Positions 1 through 13,300 of a stretch of DNA of 64,000 bases are shown here, piece after piece (the stretch's first letter is position 1; each line of letters starts with the position of its first letter). The notes under the pieces were generated by a model, which made no database searches, had not been told where the DNA came from, and was given only the letters and a program-made list of their open reading frames with translations. The stretch covers positions 89,280,001 through 89,344,000 of the forward strand of contig NC_043002.1 in NCBI RefSeq assembly GCF_006345805.1, read 5' to 3'. Origin of the DNA: Octopus sinensis. Lineage: Eukaryota. The translations under genes were made by a program, and so were the position numbers.

Positions 1-197
1 AATATCGACAAAAACAGTAAAAGTTTAAGTGTATTTTAAAATGTTATTTTTAACTTCATTCTTATCTTCAAATTAAATATTAATCTTTAGGTATTTGTAT
101 TTTCGAAATAGTTCATATAAGGGTATCTTCTGATTTATATTACTAATTATATCTTACGGCTTTAGTAAACAGTGTAAAAATGTTCTTTATATTTTAG

Positions 198-274
198 CTT
201 CACCTCTAATTAAACCTCGACCACCTTCAGCTACAAGTATTCCAGCCATCCTAAAATCTTTGCAAGATGAATGG
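198..274 (+). CDS. PRPF19: PRPF19 coding exon ([25 protein letters not shown])
   Basis: AG 196-197, GT 275-276; conserved Prp19 peptide. Confidence 0.96.
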
Positions 275-3200
275 GTAAATATCTGATGATTTTGTTTTTT
301 TGTTTATGCATTCAGTATCTCAATACAATATAATAATGACAAGCAGATACCCTTCTTGATACTAAATTACTTGTTTTTTTAAGCTACCAGACTTTTGTTT
401 ATTAAGAATATAAACATTGACACCACTAGCTAAAGCAGTGTCAATGTGACACAAAAACACACATGTATATACTTACCTACCTACCTACGCGCACACACAC
501 ACACCAGGTTTCTGCCTACACTTGCCCAAGGTGCTATGCAATGAGATTGAACTTGAAACCACATAATTGCAAAGTAAAATCTTAGCTATACAGCTATACC
601 TGCACATGTATTAAATAGTACCTTTACTAATTTAGATTGTTATATAACCAAGATGAATATTTTGGCTGATATTCTTATGCATTTCTCAGCTAGTCCTCTG
701 ATTTAGTATAGTTTAATTAGTATTTGCACTGTCTGATGATTCATTGTTTTAATATATTTTATTTTATTCAGTGGCTGTTAATATTATCACTTTTATTTTT
801 CTGTTAGGATGCTGTCATGTTACACAGTTTCACTCTACGACAACAATTACAGACAGCTAGACAAGGTAATATCTATAGACAACAGTTCTTCTTTCAACAA
901 TTGCTTATTTTATGACAAATAAGTTGATTAAGTACTCATGAAATGGTACAGAAATTATTAGGAGTTGATATCTCTTTCAATAACTTAAAAATTTATTTAA
1001 ACAATTTTCTGAATTTTACATCAGTATACTGTAATGTTAGCATTGCTGATGGATACATTTAATTGAATTCATTTTATAACAAATTGTGCATTTTTTGCAT
1101 CACTTGATAGGGATTGTATTGGTGGACGATGGCTGATGTTGAGATACAAATTGTAGAGTTTTTTTCATTACATCTTAAATGAAATTTATGTTGCATATGA
1201 AATACTTGAATAATGTTTTTCTTTTTTATACAGAATTATCTCATGCTTTGTATCAGCATGATGCTGCCTGTCGTGTAATAGCTCGTCTCACAAAGGAAGT
1301 AACTGCTGCAAGAGAAGGTAAAGTTTCTGTCAGCATCATTTTCCATTCTCTATTCCATACTGGATAAGTCATTAGACTCCATGTTAGATCTTTTTTTAAG
1401 TTAGCACCTTCTTAGATGGATCAGGGACCACATCCCATTCAAACATTACACTTTTGATGTGGTTTCTATCGCCAACAACTTTACAGAATGTACTAGGTGC
1501 ATTTATTAAGAGATCACCACTAGAAGAGCTGTCTAAACTAAAGAATCCTCTCTATCTAATATTGTATCTCTTTGCTAGACAAAGGTCCTTGTTCCTTGCA
1601 TTGTCTCCTGTAGCTCTATAGGTGGGAAGAAAACCACAGCAAGAGGGCAATAGTGAAAACCAGAATGATAAGAACAAAGAAGTAGTGAAGGAGATTGTAA
1701 CTAAAGAGAGAGAGAGAGAGATGATAATTTATTGGTAAAGAGGTTCAATTAGAACATCATGAGCAAAGATCTCAGTCTAAATGTTAAGCATCTCCAATAA
1801 ATGCATGTTTGACCATGCATTTAGTTGCTCAAGTGCCTTGATGGAGGAAAAGAGAAAGAGATTTGATGAGGGTAGGAAAGAGTAATAAATGGATAGTAAT
1901 AAAAGAAGGGTGATGAAAAACTACAGAGAAAGAGGGATGTCATTGTGATAGAATAGGAAGGAATAGTATGGGAAAGAATGTAACACAGTTGTTTGGAAGC
2001 AGAAACTCTTTATATATATTAAGGGGGACCTCCGTGTAGATATTATACATCTCCATCCTCTGCACTTTGTTTTCTTATTTCATTTTTGCATGGGTTCAGC
2101 AGGTGGTCTCCAGCAAAATAATTCACCACTTGTTACAATCTAACATATGGTTCAACCACTCGCAATCAGTCTTCATTTTTCCCCATGACTCGTTCTTCTG
2201 CAGGTTCTGGGCCATACCAGTCATACTCTACATACTATTTTTCTTCCTCTTATGTTCAGTTTCACCCCCAGCTAATTTGTGCTCTGGTGTTCATACACAC
2301 TAATATTCCATACACAGTGGCACGTACTTGCCTCATTTCTAGCATTGCATTTTATACACAACCAACATAATTTGTCATTCACTCTGTGTTTAAAACTTTT
2401 GAAGCCAACAGAGATAATTGTTCCCAAACTTTTCTGTCCCATTCTCACTTTGGCAACTATTTTTTTGGAATGTCTCTCACTACAGAGGGTCTTTTGATTA
2501 CAGCTTGGGAGTTTTCTGAACATTTGAAGGAATTTTCTTTGTATACTCTTATATTAACTATTACTGTACATCATCTTTATTCAAAGAAGACCTTCTCTGT
2601 CAGTCTACCTCTCTACCCAGTACACCTTGGGCATCGATATTTTATGATGGGTATACAGTATGGAAATCCTACCTACTCTTTTTTGGGCATATTGCACCTG
2701 GCCGTTGCCTTGATGACAGTTGATCCCTGTCTTCTTTCTTGATAACTAAAACTTAGTTTTTGCTAGATTTACTTTAAGCCTCTTGATTTCAGGTTTTGCT
2801 TCTATGATAAGAACTTTTTTTCTAAGTTTTTGACAAATTCATCTGTAAGAATGAGGTCATTAGCATACAGGAATTCTCATGGGCAACCAGTCTTAACCTT
2901 TTAGCATTTAAACCAGCCATAACTGGGCCAAACAATACAACCTGTTTTATGTTCAAATTGGTCAGATCTGACCTTTCATATCTACTTTATGATGTCATTC
3001 TGAAAATATACAATCACATCACCAAAATCTTGAAGCTGTGAGATAATACCTAATTACTTGAAAACAATGTAAATAAATAAGCATCACATTTGACAGTATA
3101 ATCTGAATGCTAAAGGGTTAAACTCCAGTGTTTATTATGATAGTATGGAGTTTTATAATAAACTGATATAACCGAGCTATTGGTGTACATCACTCTGAAT

Positions 3201-6200
3201 ACTAGTGAATACTAGATGCCTTTTTGGATTCACCTTGTTGACAGCCCCTCTGTACATGGCTTGCATGGCTCTCAAGCCATTTACCTATATCTAGCTTCCT
3301 TAGCAGTTATCAAACTGTAAAGTGTGAGCCTCTGTCAAAAATTTTCTCCAAGTCAACGAATGCTCAGTAGAGTAACTTATTCCTAGCTAAGTACTTTGCC
3401 AGGATTTATTGCACTAGGAAGAGAGTTTCAGTGGTATTCTGTTCTGTGTAAACTCAAACTGCATTTAATCTAAGTTAATTCCTAATCAGTGTTATAACTC
3501 TTCCAGTGATTTTCATAACATGGTTCATCAGTTTGATGCATCTGTAATTGCCTCTCATGAAAACATTTCTTTTGCCTTTGTAGCAGTTGATGATGATACT
3601 TTTACATCATTCATTGGGTATGACACCTCCCAGTACTACCTAATTGGTCATATGGCGACATGCATGTGACTATTTTCTTCAGCATTTTATACATCTCAGC
3701 CTCTTATGTAGCTAGAGTCTCATATAAATTTTCAATATGACATTGGGGTATATGTTATGTTTCATTTCAAAGTCATAGATCATGTTTTGCCCCTTAGGTA
3801 AAATATATATTACCTCACTTTTCTAAAACTTCCTATTTAAACTCTTTAGTTATACATCTCAGCCTCTATCCCTGAGGGACTTTTGCTTTTGAAGAATCTT
3901 ATCAACTGCAATCTGCTACAAATTTTATATGCATTGTAAGCAAATCTGTCCATCATTTCTTGTTCTGCTCATTACAACATAATTTTTCACAGAAAATAGA
4001 ATCAATTGTTATAGTCTGTACTTGATTTGTTTGTGTTATACTTCAGTTTTCATTGCAACACTTGTTTAATTTAATACAACCTTTTTTTCTTTTCTTCAGC
4101 TTTGGCTACTCTCAAACCCCAAGCAGGTATTGTTGCTGGGCCTGCTGGTTATGCTGCACCAACACCACAACCTGTAAGTCCTATTCAGACAAACATCTTT
4201 GCTGCCATCCTGATATTTGATTATGCTACTTTTTCTTCTATTTGTTATTTTTTATAAATTAGAGAAGCTTCATAACTGAGTTTTTGTAGAATATAAACTT
4301 TACTGAAACTTATTTTTCATCTTAGAAACTTAATTCTTTTAAATTGAAACAAAATGAAATCAAAGAAAAGTAAAAGAATAAATTCAATAATATTTTTTTT
4401 TTCTATATTTTCTTTTTCTTTTTGCCAGGCTTATGCAGCAGAAGCCGGACCTGAAGCTGCTCAGCAGCCAACAGAGGAAGCTGGCATGACAGAAGAAGTC
4501 CTTCAGAAGGTAGGACTTCTCTTAAAGAAAATGAATTTCGTTGCACTTTTCTTTTATTAATTTCCATTTTTCTCTCTGAAATCACACTGGTATTTTCATC
4601 ATCATCATCGTTTAACATCCGTTTTCCACGCTAGCACGGGTTGGACGGTTCGACCGGGGTCTGGGGAGCCAGGGGCTGCTCCAGGCTCCAGTCTGATCTG
4701 GCAGTGTTTCTACAGCTGGATGCCCTTCCTAACGCCAACCACTCCGCGAGTGTAGTGGGTGCTTTTTACGTGCCACCTATACTAATTTAAAAAAAACAAA
4801 AAAAACACAGGGATGTGTAACAATGAGAGGTTGTTGACTAGGGTCTGTATGTATGAAGTAGCTTAAGGGAATGAGTAATGGAAGTGGATATTTAGCATAA
4901 AGGTAATTAGTTGTTAATGGAGAGCAGCAGGGAAAGCAGTTAAGATAATTGACAAGGCGCAGGAATGGCTGTGTGGTAAGTAGCTTGCTTACCAACCACA
5001 TGGCTCCAGGTTCAGTCCCACTGCGTGGCACCTTGGGCAAGTGTCTTCTACTATAGCCTCGGGCCGACTAAAGCCTTCTGAGTGGATTTGGTAGATGGAA
5101 ACTGAAAGAAGTCCATCGTATATATGTATGTGTGTTTGTCCCTCTGACATCACTTGACAACCAATGCTGCTGTGTTTACTTTTTTCAGTTTCTATCTTCC
5201 AAATCCTATCTCAAAGCTTTGATCAGCCTGGGGCTATAGTATAAGATACTTGCTCAAAGTTCCACACAGTGGGACTGAACCCAGAACCATGTGATTGGGA
5301 AGCAAACCTCTTGGCACACAGCCACATCCATGCCCATTGTATACCTGCATCTATACTGGTTGAAAAAGTAGTGTGGGGTGGCATTGAAGAGTCCCCATGG
5401 TAAGGGTAGTGTCTGAGTCTAGCAGGTCAAGTGGCCATATAAGAATATTAAAGTTGAACATATATAAGGTTTGTTAATTTTCTAAGAACTGTATTGTGGT
5501 AGTATGTAAAAGATGCCAAGTAAAAGGCAATCTAATGAGAAAATTATCAGGCTCATGACAATTCATAACTAAATCAAATATTTTAAAGAAATTTTAGTTA
5601 TCTAGCTAAGTTAAGTAGACGTCATATTGCTCTTCATTTTTGCATTGCAGCATATACATGTGTGTTAGGAGCTGTGGCTGTATGTGCAGGCATGTTGTTA
5701 GTGGTAATTATATATGTTTGTTGTGAGTTGTGATTATATCTGTGTTAGTTGTGAGCTATGTTTATGTGAGGATGTATGTTTGTTGTGAGTTGTGAGTATA
5801 TGTGTATGTTTGTTGTTATAAGTAGGAATTTGACACAATTTAGCTTTATTTTGTTTTGTTCATGTGATGATTCTTGCAATAACATTTTGATTCATTTTCA
5901 TAACAGAGTGATGGTCATTAAATTAATTAACATATGATTTCTATTTTTTTCTTGTATTTCAGCTCCAAGACAAAGCCACTTTGTTAACAGCTGAACGAAA
6001 GAAGGTATTATTTTACATTTTGATTTGTGGAATATTTTATAGTGTTTCTTTAAATAAATAGTATATTAAAAGCCTAAAACCTTTATTCTTGTATTTTTCT
6101 TGACAACAGAAATTAAGATAAGGTTACAATAAATATACTTTTAATTGGGCCATTGATATCCAAAACACCACCATACCCATTTATTACATTGGTTAAATCA

Positions 6201-7356
6201 TCTTATTTCTTGAAATATTTGTGGCTTTTCACTTTGGTGGAAATTCACCAGTTCTTGTCCATTTTAGTATTTCTATTTCAAAGAATACCATCAGATATCA
6301 AATTTTATCAATAGCATTGAGCTTATTATTGGCGATGGTGGTCACTTCATGCATGAATCTATTAGCATATACTTCTCTATTTGTAACTTCTACATATATT
6401 ATTATTCTTTAGATATATTGACTTATGCTCAATCTCTTCTCATGAAGAAACCAACAGCTATGTAAGATTGGATATGAAATGTATTTATTTTTGTTAGATT
6501 TTCATTTGAAGGTTACAAAAGAAAATACCAATACTTGATTCTGCTTTAAAACTGCCTCTACATACTTTTTTCCCTAAATCTACATTTAAATATGCATTTC
6601 TATGTTTAATCTACAGAAAAGGGCTAAATGTACAATTAGCTCAATATGGCCCTTCTGTAAGCAAATTACTATTGAATAAGCAGACATGTTTATGGAAATG
6701 TCCATGTATTGGCTAACTGATCAATAACATGAACACATGCTTTTGATGTTATGTGCAGTAAGTGCTGCCAAGTCTATTTATCATTTGCATCAAACAGCAT
6801 CTTTATATGAACTTGTTGATTAAAAAACACTTAGACACTGGACTTTATAGGAAGGTCACAATCTTGATGAAGGTTGCTGACAAAAATGTTGGAAGCATAA
6901 AAATTAAACAAGCAATTTTCATATAATGCTGTGAACCAGAGCTCAACTACTGTCATGAACTATAAGGTTGATTTGATGCTGGTATATGTCATAAAAGCTT
7001 TCTTTTTTTGTTCACTATTATTTGTATTCATCATTAGTGCCTTTTTTGTGGCTGCAGTTCTGATTTTTGTTCTATATCTCCCTTACATATATTGAATAAT
7101 ACCTGAAGCCAAACCCTCTATATCTATATCACTCTTCATTCATGTAAACACACACACACATATATATGACGCCATGATAGATCGTTAGCTACTACACACA
7201 TTTTTTTCTCTCCTTGTTTTTTTCTGTGTAGCTTTCTGTAGAAGAGCATAGGCTCAAAACGTAAAAGACTTTTTCTATTCCTGAACGCTATACTAATACA
7301 TCTGTTTGTTTGTACACCACCTGCCTTCGTCTTCTGTTTATTTTCGTAAACTTTCC

Positions 7357-7399
<43 letters not shown>

Positions 7400-10300
7400 A
7401 GTACTTATTATGAACTATCCACTTACTAAGCATATCAACTGTTAATCTACCAAATTATATATCTATTTTAGAGAGGTAAAACTGTTCCTGAAGGTTTGGC
7501 GAGCTCAGAAGATATTCGTGGCTACAGACAATTGGCTTCACACACTGTAAGTTAAATTAAATTCATTTCAGATTTGTTTTTAGCATTAACTAATGACAAA
7601 ATGCTCTACAGTTAAATGCCACCCCATTACTTTAAGTACTTGATTGATTGCAGTTTATTTTAATTTAACTCTCAACTAAATTTAAATTAATGTATTTTAA
7701 TTATTTAGATACTAACTCACTTCTGGTTCTTTGATACAAAACATTCTTAGAGCATAATTTTATTTAAGAACTTTTGTTGTTCTAAACATCAGTTTACTAT
7801 ACTAAATAATGAACAAAATTATTTTACTTAATCCCTCTAAATTTTTGATAATTTATTAAAATTTTGTTAGAAATATATCCATCATCATCATCTGGCTTCC
7901 GTGCCGGTGGCACATAAAATACACCAATCTGACCGTGGCCGTTGCCAGCCTCGCCTGGCACCTGTGCAGGTGGCATGTAAAAAGCACCCACTACACTCAC
8001 GGAGTGGTTGGCGTTAGGAAGGGCATCCAGCTGTAGAAACATTGCCAGATTAGACTGGAGCCTGGTGCAGCCTTCTGGCTCCCAGAACCCCGGTCGAACC
8101 GTCCAACCCATGCTAGCATGGAGAACGGATGTTAAACGATGATGATGATGATCATCATCATCATTTAACATCCGTTTTCCATGCTAGCATGGGTTGGACG
8201 GTTCGACCCGGGTCTGGTAAGCCATGGAGGCTGCACCAGGCTCCAGTCTGGTTTGGCGGTGTTTCTACAGCTGGATGCCTTTTCCAATGCCAACCACTCC
8301 ACGAGTGTAGTCCATGAAAGATTAAATTCTACAGTTTTATTTGTTCATCACCAATGACTTCTCTGTAAGAATTCAACATTTGCTCAAAAGTTCTATAAAA
8401 ACTTGGTTTTGTGAAGAGTACAATAATAGGTTTTATTATAATCAAAAACAGTTTTAGAATTTTAGCCTGATAACAAAAGCAGTTCTAATTAGTGGTGAAA
8501 TACTGTCAAATTAATCATATAAATTCCTGTGCAATTAGCTGACTAATGCCTATTTATTTGAATTCTACTGCAAAATAAAGAACCTATCTTTGGAATTTCT
8601 CCAATATTTTTTAAATGTTAAGAAAACTTTTCTTTACTGTTTACTATTCATTCAATTCATCCATAAATTTGTTAGATTTAATAACATCTTGTAATGTTTT
8701 TAGTTGCTGTTTTTCTAACTTTTGGCTTCTGTTTCTTCAGGGTCTTCATAGTGCTAGTGTTCCTGGTATTGTATCATTGGACATTTGTTTGCGAGATACA
8801 TCGAAGATTGTTACAGGTAACACCACCTACACATGCTATATACTACATTTCATCATCATAGAGTGTATCCTCTTTAATCTGGAAATTATTACTTTCATAT
8901 TTTCCATTCTACTTTCTCATATTGGTTTTTTAGTTGTTATTGGCGATGAGTATAGCAAGGAATTTAGTATACAGGTAAGAGTTCACCAAGGATTGGTTCT
9001 CAGTCCCCTCTTCTTTATCATAGTCCTGCAGGCCATAACAGAGGAATTTAAAACTAGCTGCTCTATACTGATAAGCTTGTTTGTATTACTGAATCACTAT
9101 CAAAACTAGAGAGGAAATTTCACGTGTGGAGGCAAGGTCTGGAATCAAAAGGCCTTAGAGTTAATTTAACAAAGACCAAAGTCCTAGTAAGCTAGGAAAC
9201 AGACAGATCACCGATCCCTTCAGGGCAATGACCTTGCTCAGTATGTAGAAAAGGGGTTGGTAGAAACTCCATATGGTGAACCTAGGGTAAGCTATGGACA
9301 TATAAGAGGTGCAGCAGTATCAGAGGAAGGTTAACAGAGAAAGTAGTCTTTATGTGTGGCAGGTGTGCAGGTACAAGATACACTAGGAATGTGCAGAATA
9401 TACGCTCCCTCAAATGTCCAAGGGGGTCTTTAGAAGTAGTAGATAGTTACTGTTACCTAGATAACAAAAGTTAGAAATGGAGGAGGAAGTGCTGAAAGCT
9501 GGTTGCTAGAATAAGATTGGGCTGAGCAAAGTTCAGTGAGCTGCTACATTTGTTTGGTAAGACAGAGCCTCTCCCTCAAAATGAAAAGGAGATAGTATGA
9601 TACCTGTGTTCAAGCAACTATGCTACATAGTAGTGAAACATGGGTTGTGACTGCTGAGGACATGCAATGGCTTGAAAGAAATGAAGCCAACATGCTCTGC
9701 TGGATGGATAATGTTAGTGTGCATGTATGACAGTGTAAATGAGTTAAGAGGAAAATTGGGTATAAGAGGCACCAGATGTAGTGTGCGAGAGACAAGACTG
9801 CACTGGTATGGTCATATGTGATGCATATGGATGAGGACAACTGCATAAAGAAATGCTGATCTCTAACTGTAGAAGAAACATGTTGAAGGAGTAGACCTAG
9901 GAAAACATGAGATGAAGTGGTGAGAAAGGATCTTCAGATACTAGGTTTTACTGAAGAGATGACAAGAGACCAAGACTTCTGGTGATTTGCTGTGCTTGAG
10001 AAGACACATCAGGCTAAGTAAAATTGTGGCCATCTATATACACAGGTATGTCCTTGTTCTGTGGGCTTGTGAATGCTGGTGTCATGTAAAAGCACCTGTG
10101 CTGGTGCCACATAGATCACCACCTCTTTGGGGTCACATAGAAAGTTCCTGTGCCAGTTTCACATATAAAGCACCCATGCCAGTACCACATATAAAGCACC
10201 CTGTACACTGTAAAATGGTTGGTGTTAGGATGGAGGCTGTAGAAACCTTGCTGAAACAGACAATTGGAACCTGGCCAGCTCCTGTCAAACTGTCTGACTC

Positions 10301-13300
10301 ATACTTGCAAGGAAAATGGACATTAAATGATGTTTTATCTCTACACTATATTATATCTACTAGTTTTTTCTGTTTTGAACCACCACCTGTCTAGCCCTGC
10401 ATGCATATATATGCACTGGCATAAGAAAAATATTTTGGTGGGGAAGCTTAGCATTTACCCATGCATGACAGTCACCCCTTGCCATGCCATCAATATTGTA
10501 CAAGAGAAAGGCTGATACAGCATGGTACCAGTGCCATTAGAGTGTTGTTAGAAGGCAGAGAACCAGTACAGACACTGCAAAGTATCTTGTTTGATGCTAT
10601 AACAGTTCTATTAAGTTTCACTCTAGATTTAGTACTTCTTTTTATCAACCCTGAAAGGATGAAGTGCAGGGAGTTGAAACAGATACAAGCCTTTAATGAT
10701 TCTCCGATCATTACCAATCATTTCAGATTAATAGATTAATAGTAAAAAAATTGGAGATACTTTACACATGTTATAAGCTTAATTTTTTTCTGTTTTTTAT
10801 CATTAAAGTCATTGATATCACCTTATGTAGCTAGGGTCTCATAAATTTTCAATATGACATTGAGGTATATGTTATGTTTCACTTCAAAACCATAGATCAT
10901 GTTTTGCCCCTTAGGATATATATATATTATCTCACTTTTCTAAAACTTCCTATTTAAACTCTTTAGCCACTTTGTCTCTCCATTGTTCACTGGTTAACTA
11001 CCAAGGATAAACCAGAAATATAGAAAGAAAAATGAGTATAGAGCAGATTTTAAAAATATATATAATTTTGAAGTACAAATTATTTGGCCAAAGTAAATAT
11101 CTGCATTGATATTTTTTCAGGTGGGAATGACAAGAATGCTGTTGTTTTCAACAAAGATACAGAACAAGTTATGGCAATTCTTAAGGGACATACAAAGAAA
11201 GTCACCAGTGTCATCTACCATCCAGAAGAAGTAAGTTGTAACTGTATATTTTGGTCAGATTTTACAATTATTTGCCCAGATTTGTTAGATGTAGCTCTAC
11301 CTTCAATCTGTTCATTTTTATTGCCTTGCATGCATTTCTTGAAGCAACAAACCACTTTTTTTCTTTTTCTTTTTTTTTTTTTCCATTATTAGAAAGGATG
11401 ATGTTCTTTTATTTTTCATACGTAAAAATGCATATTAAATCAACTGTTATTTTATTTGTATCAATAGCTTTTATAATTTTTAAAAAAATACTTTTCATTT
11501 TAATTTTTACTAGGATCTGGTGTTTACAGCATCTCCTGATAGCAGCATCCGTGTTTGGGGCATTCAGACTGCTCAGTGTGGTCAAGTGATTCGTGCTCAT
11601 GAAGCTCCTGTTACTGGTCTGAGTCTTCATGCTACTGGAGATTACTTACTCAGTAGTTCCACCGATACAGTAATTACTTATTTTCTTTTACTTCAATCCA
11701 ATCTGATAATTTCAAATTAGAATCTTATAATAATAATAATGAAATTATTGTATTCAGTGCTCAGGTGCACCGCAACTTATCTAAAGTGCGTATAAAGCAT
11801 ATGCAGTAATGTACAAATGTCTGGAAAGTGAACAGTGTATGAGTCAGATACATGCTTGCGTGTGTATGGAGGGGAGAAAATCAGGTGTAGTGTTGGCGAA
11901 TCTCAGGAAGCATGGAAGTTTTGAAGGATGCAGTGCTCTGACAACTAACAACTGATGCCGGCGGTTTGTTCCATGCTTCAGCAACTCTTACAATCTTGTC
12001 AAATGTAATGCTTATTTATTCTCACTGTTTTGAATTAATCATGCATTATCTCAAAATTTTTAGAATGACATTGTAGATTGGGTGTGAGGGGCTTGATCTG
12101 GCCAGTTTGAACTTAAAACAGGAAGAATATTTGGGCTGGATATGATGTGACTTGTTTAAATGCTTATGGATTGAGCATTCTCATTCAGTTTTACATAATT
12201 TACTCGTGTTACAGTTGAAGGTCATGAGTTTGATTCCTGGCAGTTCGTTGTTCTTTTGAGCAAGACACTTTATTTCACATTGCTCCAGTCCACTCAGCTG
12301 GCAAAAGTTAGTTGTGCCTGTAATTCAAAGGGTCAGCCTTGTCACATTCTGTGTCATGCTGAATCTCCCTGAGAACTATGTAGAGTGCTCAGTCACTTGC
12401 ACATTAATTTCAGAAGCAGGCTGTTGTCATAACCAGCAGCAGTTGTAGTATTTAACTCTGTGGCAGTACTATTTACTGTTTAGCTAAAAATATATTGCAG
12501 TGTTTATGGAATGCTTAGACCCTGTAACATGTGTAATTCCCACTGGTCAACTGTTTCCATTAAAACCATTGCCAACCTATTCTGTATTACAATGTTATTG
12601 TATAATGTTCACTTCCAACTAAAGATGAACATTTTATCTCTTGTTATTTATTAAATTCTTTGGCATTTTTACATGTCTGGTTTGAACTGATAATAGCCTC
12701 AGTTCCTTCCTTTGACATCCATAGAATATTTATAGATTTTAAATAAGCTTTATTGCTTTGCTTAAATTTTGTATATTTAGGTGAGATTTTTTTTTTCAAT
12801 TCAATTTTTATTGGCTCAAAAAGCAAAAGCAAGGCCATTGTAGGGGGACAGGGAGGGTGGTCATACAAAGAGTTCAGGCTATTTCTGGTCAAGAGAGACT
12901 TTGAACCGAGCGGTCGTCGGCATCTTCACTATCTCGTCCGGCAGCTTATTCCACAGATCCGCAACCCGGATGGAGAAAGCCCCTCTCCTTCAATTGAGAT
13001 GAAATTGTCGTAGACAGAGCTTTAATAACTCACAATGAACATTTTGCTTCACAATCATTATCAGCCAGAAGTTGAGATACCAAATGTTTATAGATAGAAG
13101 AAAGTTCATATGAACAAAAGATTTTTAGCTTTTTAGTAATAAACCCTTACAAATTTAATATAAAAGGACTCTGCAAACAAAATGATAGAAAACCTTTTGT
13201 TGTTTCATACAACTATTAAATAGAAAAGTATCTATAAATATAGATAGATACATACGCAAGGACACACACACAGACACACACACACACACACACTGAATAA

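Larger units (their letters stand above)
2830..3900 (-). mobile_element. Degenerate RTE-clade LINE reverse-transcriptase fragment, interrupted by a MITE and a 145-bp insertion
   Basis: The reverse complement resembles the RTE copy at 8935+ (EFKTGCP...LYAND-like segment); many stops. Confidence 0.6.

Noticed and set aside
1019-1150. Hairpins followed by ACA in a PRPF19 intron (possible H/ACA snoRNA)
   Set aside because: Stems are short, there is no properly placed H box, and such hairpins are expected by chance in AT-rich DNA; needs a covariance-model search.
5861-5940. GTGATGA C-box-like motif ~100 nt upstream of an acceptor
   Set aside because: No CTGA D box or terminal stem downstream.
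8615-9109. 164-aa ORF, the longest in the track
   Set aside because: Chance in-frame fusion of intron sequence, one PRPF19 exon and an RTE RT fragment.
12435-12555. Two-hairpin arrangement with an ANANNA-like spacer
   Set aside because: No ACA box after the second hairpin.
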